A stretch of DNA of 64,000 nucleotides from an uncultured bacterium (GTDB lineage Bacteria; Omnitrophota; Omnitrophia; Omnitrophales; Aquincolibacteriaceae), in NCBI GenBank assembly GCA_964562525.1, contig CAZLTL010000005.1, positions 876 through 64,875 of the forward strand, written 5' to 3'. Of the stretch, positions 52,101 through 61,100 are shown piece by piece (within the stretch, counting starts at the first letter, position 1; every line of letters starts with the position of its first letter). The notes beneath the pieces were generated by a model that had not been told where the DNA came from, searched no databases, and saw only the letters and a list, made by a program, of their open reading frames with translations. Position numbers and translations under genes: made by a program.

Positions 52101-55100
52101 CGCAGGAGCAAGCTGTTGGATGCGCTTAAGTGTTTGTGCAAAAGCTAGTGCCTCAGTAGAGCGTTCCCCATCACCCTGCTTAGTCATTTGCTTGATTAAG
52201 ATCTCATACTGTGAAGATGCAGCTCGATTACGCAAAACTTCCGAAGCTGCGCGCAATGGAGCTCCCCAGGTTTTCTGAGTTGCCCAGCGCGAAAGAAAGT
52301 TTTCGGTGCGGCCTAGAGTCTTACTGAGCGACTCAGCAGCAAGCGAGGTCATCTCATCATCACTTACGCTAAAGACCGCTTTTGTTAAACGCGCGTCAAA
52401 TTCTTGAACCAATTGAATGTAGGTCTCAATTGATCTGATGCTTATCTCGCGCGGCAGCGCTTTTACAAGATTTGCATGATGACGGATAATGAGAGATGCC
52501 GCTTTCGCGTCTATCAATAAATTCAGCTTACTTAATTCAGCGGCAGCATCCTCACCACTCATGTTTAAAATATTCGGAACTATTGCAGCAAGAGAATGAT
52601 CGCTTTTAAGACCTATCAGCGGAAGAAGCGTATTATTCCACCATCCCCGAATATTGTCTGTCATTCCGGGCATCCAGCGGCTTTGCGTAAGGGCGAGCAC
52701 TGCACCGAACATTCCAGCAGCAATCAAGAAAGCCGGTGTCCAAACAGCTCCGACCACAAGTCCAACAGAAGAAATGACTAATGCACGCTTGAGGTCGTTT
52801 GAATCATTGCCTTGCGTACCATACGCAAATGCTTTTAAGCGGTAAGCCCAGACAGCCGGGGTCAAATTCGTCTTCAAAAATCCTCGTTCGGTGCTGAGCG
52901 CTTGATACATTTTATCCTCTGAAATTTTAAGGCTTTCTGAGCGACGGATCATCCCTGATTCGAGATTTGAACGACGTGTACCTTGGGTAAACACGTTCTG
53001 ATAAACAGCAGCCTGCGCGCCCGTATTTGCAAAACCCATCGTGCGAATAGCACGCCAAGCCGCAAATTCAAAATTACGACTAACCAAAGTGCTCGCCAAC
53101 ATTTCACCAAGCAACGCATTCTGAGAATTACCCAACTCTACTTGATAATCAGCTAATGCATGACCGATGAATTCAAGCCGTTTAGCAAGATCCATCGAAT
53201 TTCGGCTTTCAAAAATATTCAGAGTGTTGAGATATTGAACCGCAGAGACCATGGCGTCATTTTGGCTTGATCCGCGATCAAAAGTGTCTCCGTTTAACGA
53301 TGCAATAAGCGCGACGGCCTCAATCACAGCACCTGCCGAAGACGGTGTGGTCACATTTGCGCCAAAAACTCCGCGAAGAAACTGAATCGAACGGTAGGCT
53401 CGGCCATTGACGGTACCCACTCCGATGTCACCTGTTTGCTTCCAATAATCAATTACCCGGTCAGCAAGTTCTGCCGAAACACCGCTTTCGTACTTGAGCT
53501 CGTTAATCGCGCGTTCAGGATTGTTCACGCGTTGCGCAACGTGCTTTTCGTATTTTTGTGCTTGTTCATTGCCCGCTATTCGGCTTTCGCGTGACTTAAG
53601 AATATAATCACTAAAGAGCATGACGGTTTTTACGAAGTCACGCGGGCTACCCTCTTGCTGGCGTGCAATGGAATAGCGGCCATCAGCATTGTCGGCTTCA
53701 ATCCGGGCAATATCAAATTCTGATGAAACCCGCTCACCCGTCATAGCACGTTCAATCGACATTAAATCGTGGAAATTGAAAACATGCTGTATCAATTCAC
53801 GAGATAGCCCTGTTTGAAGCAGTTTCTCCATCAAGGAGCCTCGCTCAACGCGGCTGGTTTCTGTCTTATTTCCAAAAACTTGCTGAATAGTCATTTCAAC
53901 CTGTCGGCGCACAAATTCACGGCCATCAACACCATCGCGTGAAAGCTCAGTCCACTCATTGCCGATTTTACCTTCTTCAAGCTCCGAGATGACTTCGCGG
54001 ATTTTTTTGAGCATTGGTTCATCTGCATTAAATGTAACAAGTAACTTTCGCATACCCTTCATGACCATAAAATCTTGCAGATACGTGCGTACAACTGCTT
54101 TTGCGCCCTCGGATTGATGCAAAGCTTCATTGAACTCCGCATTCAGGGTCAATACGGTTTCACGGCCAAATTCGCGTACGAGCTCTGCATTGAGGATTTC
54201 AGAAAAACGGGCGGGATCAATGCGCCCAGGCTCTTTCAGGCTGGCGGCTAATTCGAGAATTTTGCCGTACATCTGAAGTCGTGATTCGTAAAGAGCAATG
54301 CGGTTTTGCGACAAATTAACTTGCTCGTTAGAAGCATTCTTCATAACTTCAGATTCGATTGCCCGCACGGCTTCGAGTTCATTTGCAGAACGGGTTTGCA
54401 TGCGGTGCAAGAAACTGACAAAAGAGTCGTATGAGACTTCTCCGATAGCGGTTTTCAAGTTTCCTGCTAATGCTTCGGCATCTGCAAAAAGTCTGATTTG
54501 ACCCTGATTGGAGCGGTCGCGACCGATGACTTGCGCTAAGAAATGTGAGGCATAGTTCTGAACATCAAATGCAAAAACATGGGTCGCGGAAAGTGAGCGT
54601 GCTTCGTCAGGTAATACCTTCTTGAGGATATCAATCAGAGCTGTCTCACCTTCTTGTCCTTTGTATTCAGGGTTTTTCTGATTTTCTTTCATTTGCTCAA
54701 CCGCAGAATTGATTTCCCGATTTTCGCTCACGCTCATTTCACGAGGACGGGCTGCATTCAACCCGGTTCCGCCCACTTCGGTTGCAACGAGGATGCGGAA
54801 CCCTGAAACCATCTCACGTGCAAAACCAGGGATATTAGCTTCATTGGTATTTTGATCGACATTCAATATTTCATATTTGGCATCAAGTAATCCCTCTGCT
54901 TTCATTTTTGCAACTGACTCATCAATCCATTTGCGCATTTCAGGGTTACGCAGCACCATCACAAAGTTATCGTTGAAGACAACATTCGAGTTGCCTTTTT
55001 TCTCCGAAGCCTTAGCAACCGCATCGCGCATACTGGCTTCAAAAGAATCTTGGAACGCTACTTTTGAGACATTACCGTCCAATAATACTGTGCTAAGACG

Positions 55101-58100
55101 ATCGACGGATTTCGATGCGTAATAAGAAAGATCCGGAGCACTGCGGCCAAGCTCAAGTAACGCGTTTCCGGTGAATAGACGAATGTATTCAGGCATCGTC
55201 GCCGTAAGCGCCACAGCTCCGCGGATAAAATTTGACTGCACCGGCGTACCCATCTTAGTGCGTAACCGACCCAGTGAACCAGAATCAAACCAGCTTTCAA
55301 GCTTTGTCCAGTCTTGAATTTTGACTGAGCTGCTTTCAACGGACACGCCTTCTGTTTTTTGCGCGCCAAGTTCAGGTGTCACATCTGCTTTTTCAAAACC
55401 GTACTCACTAACTGTTTTGCCAAGTTTGCCGCCCAGGTCAGAGAAATACTTGTAAAGAGAAGCGATTTGCAATGCCACATCACTTGATTGCTGGTCTTTG
55501 TGAATGCGGATATTATCCGCGGGTTTTAATACCAGCCGCGCAAGCCCTTGTGCATTTTCTCCCACCATCACACCCATGCGGGTTTCCTTACCATAAAGTG
55601 CGAGAAAAATAGAAGAGAACTCACGAGCGAGCTGGATGCCGTATGGCGCTCCGATTTTCGTTAATTCGGCCTGAAGACCCGCAGTAAAAATAACTTGTCC
55701 GCCCAATTCATCGACATAAAAAGCTTTGCGGCCCGCACCCTCAGCGCCAAAATACTCAGAACCCAATGTGTCAAATTCACTACGCTTGATTTCTTCATAG
55801 CCCTTTTTCTTAAGCGTATCAATGAATTCAAAGTATTTTTCAATTGTTTCGCGCCCCACAAACTTAGGACGATTACCATCGGCAATGATGGCTTTCACAC
55901 GGCTGAACGCAGCAAATTGGGCTTCATCGAGCACAACTCGGTCGAATTTATCGTTGAGATAATGAATTAAATCTTTGCCTGCCGGACTGTCAATGTTGTT
56001 AAAAAGATGCGTCTTAGAAAGAATATCTGTGACCAAAACACCATTTTCTTTGCGGGCAAGTTCAGCCTGCAATCCGGCAAAATCACGATTACCATCCGCA
56101 ATATATTTATCCGCAAGAACCAATTCCATGCCGAGTGCTTTAGCAACTTGCGAGTTCGTTAAACCCGAACCAAACTCAATTTCGGTCGGCATTTTATTAG
56201 AAGACATTCGGTTTTCTAGAACAAGCGCGACGCGCCCTTTGCGCTCGTTAAAGTTACGGTTTGACATATAAAATGCCGAACCCAAAAGCTGCCCGCGGGT
56301 TTTACCGATGCCGGTTCCGGCCGAAACGTCAAAACCAAGGTCGATTCCTACTGCAATCATAAAATGCGCAGCACCGCGGCCCATCATATCCGCGAACGGA
56401 CGATCTGTTATATCGGTTAAACCTTTATCGCTCAACATTGCAGTTTCTCGATTAACACGCCCGTCTTTAGTCATCGTGGTTTCAAAAATAACTGTTTCAA
56501 AAATATAATTCTCGACTCGGCTTGCAAATTTCCCTGCAATTTCTTCGCGACCATTTGAGTTTTTATCAAATGTTTTGCGGATTCCATCGACAAGCTGTCT
56601 TGTAAGACCTGATTCCATCACATTTCTTATTTGCTGACGTACAGCTTGAATCGCTTCCTGATTTCCTGAACGTGCTGCATCAAACAGACTGGTGTTCAAG
56701 TTCTGCGCTGAAAGCTCTTGGTGTAAACGATCGCGTGCCGCAAGCACAAGATCAGCCGTTGATGCACGAGCAAGCAATGCCGTAATCTCAGACTCGCTTG
56801 TGGCTTTAATTAGCGCATCAAGCACTTCCGTTTTTCCGTCAACACGAGTTGCTTCAATCAAGGCACCGCGTAGTAACTGTTGAATTCGGCTGCCGGCCGT
56901 TTCTTTGATGCTCAACGCCTCACCGAGACTTGTACCCGTGGCAAACTGCACCAAATCAGCCACTTGCTCAAGCCCTGATCGATTGACTACAAGCTCTACT
57001 CGGCCTTTTAAATTTGATCCTTCAATCTCTAATTTGCGAATCTGATCGTGAACTGTTTGAATTTGTTCTGCGGAGCCTTTTTTCTGATAAAGTCCCTCAA
57101 GCTCTTGTCTCAATCCGTCAAGCTTCGTGTTTAGCGCTTTGTATTTCGGTTCGATCACGCGAACCTCGGCAATAGCTTCAACCCAAGCTTTCATCGCGGC
57201 TTTTGTTTCAAATCGTTCAATCATTTCGTGGTTTGACATTTTGAGCATCTCACGAATGGCTTCCGTGCGGATTTCAACATCGGTTTTGGATGCGGACGCA
57301 TCGATGTTTTTGAGTTCTTCGAGAGTTACAGTCTTCCATTCTGCGGCCAGGTATTCAAAAAGTGCCATTCCCGCATTTTGCGGTCCGGTGAGCTGGCGCA
57401 GCATTGCCAAAGTCTCGTAGCTGATATGAATCGTTTTGCCGTTAGCATCAAGAATGACGATACCTTCAAATGATTTATCCGCATTCTTGGAGGCGACACG
57501 GAAAACTTGAGCAGCCTTGGAGGGCGCTCGTGACTGAATCTCAGCAATGGCTTCTGCCGCTTTTTCCGCACGGATTGTCGGTGCGGCTTCATTCAAAGTA
57601 ACAGTCAAAACAGCGCGTGCGGCATCTTGTGCGCTGATTAACTCCGCTGGAGGTGCTAAATTTGTGAGCTGCGCCACAAATGCTTCGGCTAATGCCGGTA
57701 GTAAGTCGCTTAAACGTGTATTCAAAACCAAATTATCCTTAAACGCCGCGTCACTTAATCCAGTTTCTTTTAAAAACTCTTTTAATGTCTTACCGTTAAC
57801 CGCGTCAAACCCTTCATGTGCGAGCTTTACGGCTTCATTGAGAACGTTGGCAACTGTTTCAGTTAACGCTGCAGAATTTTCGGTATCGATAAAAAGGTCT
57901 GATACAAGTGTTCGTAAATATCCGCGATTGGACTGAGCGGTAAAAGCTTGAAAAAATCCTGATACCTCTTTAGCTGCAGTTGATCCAGAGAGCATTCCTT
58001 CGATAAAAAGATGCGGCTCAGATAAGATAACGCCACTGCTTAATCTTCCGCTCACATCCATATCTTTCAAAAGTTCGCGTGCTGCATACTTGTCCGTGAC

Positions 58101-61100
58101 TTTAACGCCTTGAACATCCGCTTCTGCGATTCTGCTAAATGAAACATTTTCAGTTTTCGCATCAGTTACGCGTGCTTCGGGCTCAGCGAATGAAATTGCG
58201 ATACCAAATTCAGCGAGTGTTCTACGCGAGGAAGCATGGTTCGCAATAACGTAGAAGTTAACCGTCGTCAAATCAATCGGCTTAGAGTCTTTAGGGAGAT
58301 TAACTTGCTCAAGACTGATGTCTTTTCTTTCAAACAAAATTTGATCTACCAAATCCATGCGCCGCTGTTGGTAAGCCTCTGCCAAAACGCGTCCGCCATC
58401 TGTTTGCGCTTTAACTTCCGTGATCCGCTCTATGGCGGTTTTGAAATCTGAATTAAAGCGCCCTTGAGCCGCAGTGGACATTAATGGATGCCGTGCTTGG
58501 GGCACTAAGAAAATCGCATACTCACCGACTCCCTGCATAAATTTACCGTAATTACCTTGAAAGTCGTTCGCTGCGGCAAACGCAGCAAAGCTGACGGGCA
58601 TCATGAAATAATGTGCCAGCATCATCGGAATTGACTCAAGCGTAGCCGGCCCGCTTACGCCGCCAATCGGAGTATAAGTTCCGGTCAAAAGAGCGGTAAC
58701 ACCATTAATCGATGAAAGCACCGCATTAAACATCAACATATTGTCAGCAAATGCGAGGAATTTACCGGCACCGCCGGGTTGAAGCATATGATTTTTATAA
58801 AAATTATTATTGAAAGTATTAGCCAAACCACGGATTAATCCTTGAGTTTCAGATAATGTGCCCAGCGCTCCCCGAGAGTACGTAATTCCGGCAACATGCA
58901 TAACTTGTCCCAAAATTACATCGTGAGCAAGACGCTCTGTACCCCATGCTTCGAGGCTTAGAAACTCGTGGTCGAACCAAGCCCAAGCGAGGCGGACATT
59001 GCCCCAGTTTTCCCATCCATAAGTTTTGCCGTCAGGACCAATATTGGCTCCAAAATCAGCGAAAAGATGTTTAATGCCAAGCAAAGACTCCGCAACAGGA
59101 AAGGCATGGAAAAATATCACGCTACTGTATGCTTGATCCCATAGCGCGCTCACAAGCGCTTTATTACCGTGAATCGATTGCTCCAAAGCTCCAGAAATGG
59201 GCATATAGCCTGATTTAACCGCTAAATCACGGCTGACCAACGGTAAAAACTGAGACTTTCCATCACGCAATATAAATTTGCCGTTCACAATAGATGCACG
59301 CGATACGGATGCGGATAATCCCACAAGAAAACGGAATGCAAATCCAGCGCTAAAAAAGTAGAGCCCCCAGCTTTGAACCTGCTTATTGCCTGTAATTATG
59401 CCGACAGTTAAAGTACCTGCGCCAATCCATGAAGCAACGACGCCTGTACCATAGGCAAAACGTGTTGCGGCATTTAATCCAGAAATGCCGCGCAAACTTC
59501 CTAAGAAAAGCGGCCCCATCAACATGAATCCGCCGGTGACGGCAAGGGCTGTGCCCACCACTTTTAGAAAGGCAATATCGTAGTGGTGTCCCACTTGCTG
59601 CAAGGCGGCACCGAGACCGATTACAGAGGCACTGACTGTATTCCAGCTTTTTAAGGCAGCTAAGGCGGCTGTTCCGAGCCCCTGAGTGGTGCTCCAACCT
59701 TTGGCAAGATCACGCAAGGTGCTGACACTCTTTATTGCATTGGATCCGAACGTTTGCCACCCAGCCTTTGTGAACGCGGCTGCCCCAACACGAGCGCTAC
59801 TTACTGCGAATGATTTGATAAAAACACCCAAGCGTGCCCCCACAGGTAAATACGACAGGGTGCTACCTACATCCAGAGTTGCATTGAGCCATGTTCCTTG
59901 TATGCCGTTGGATTGTAAAATGGCATTGCCAACTGTGCTCGCGAGACCGATACCTCCGAGCGTGTCTACCGTAGTCCAAAAAGTTGATGTGCCGCCAACA
60001 CCGCCCAAAGCACCAAGCCCATATGCAAGACCAATAGCGCCGCCAACCATAGCAACTCCGCCAAATACTTTCAGATAATTGCCGACAGAATTATCTCCGG
60101 CATAGCTGCCTGCCATGTACATACCTGCTCCCACACCTAGCCAAATGGTACCGCCGACAGCAAAAGCACTCGCAGTTGATACAGAACCCACCGCCACTGT
60201 TGTTGATCCGGCTAATACCAATGCACCAGTGCCGTAAGTCACAACAACCATACCCACCACAGCCAAGGCTGCTGCACCACCGCGCAGCCATTTTTCACCC
60301 GTGCTCATATCGCTCCAAACAGACTGCGCGGAAAGCCAAAAACTATTGTCGTAAGATTCACGCATACGGAGTACGCGGCCTGAAGCATCGATATCTTCAA
60401 CATGGGAATGCTGCGAGCCCTCTGCGTAATTGAGATACTTGATAGAGGTCGCCTGATTGTCAGAGTTAAAGGTGCGAGCAAGCTCAAAGCGGTCGTCGTC
60501 GGTGTCTTCATATTTAAATGAAGCCAGTTGCCCCGCCGCATTGAATGTCAGACTACCTTTGAATCCAATCAAATTGACGGATTCGCCAGCATTTCCCGGT
60601 TGAGGAACAAATATCTGTGGATCGTTATCAATGATTCCACCGTCAATAAACTGGTACTCAGCAGCTTGCTTGAAATTATTGTTTTTATAGACCGCAATCA
60701 GTTTATTGTCGCCGCCGTTGTTCTCAGAAAGTGAGAATGTGATGTGATGCGTATTATCATCAACGCGAGTGAACTCATATCCGACACCAGAACCTTCGAG
60801 AGTAATCGGGTTATTTTTCCCCATCAATATCCATTCATGGCCAAATTCAGTCACAATCACTGAGCTGCCAGAAATAAACTGATTACTATTGGTCATATTC
60901 ACCCACGCAACGTTACCATTTACGTCGCGCAAGTAGGATCGTTCGTTTTTTTCTTTATAGGTTTGGCCGGTAGGCATCATAGCGCCGCCAACACTGCCAT
61001 AGCTCACCTGGTATCCCGTTGCTTGCCATTCACCCGTTTTAATTTGCACAAAAGTGCTGCCGTTTACCAGCGCATATGTATATTTCGTTCTGTTTTCACC

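Noticed and set aside
59686-60078. Plus-strand 130-aa Pro-rich ORF and several other 60-130-aa ORFs on both strands inside 49.2-64 kb (e.g. 57547..57936 +, 59383..59697 -, 55058..55369 -).
   Set aside because: They are embedded in the giant minus-strand ORF. The Pro/Ala/Ser-rich or Cys/Arg-rich compositions are typical of the antisense of Gly/Ala-rich coding sequence.
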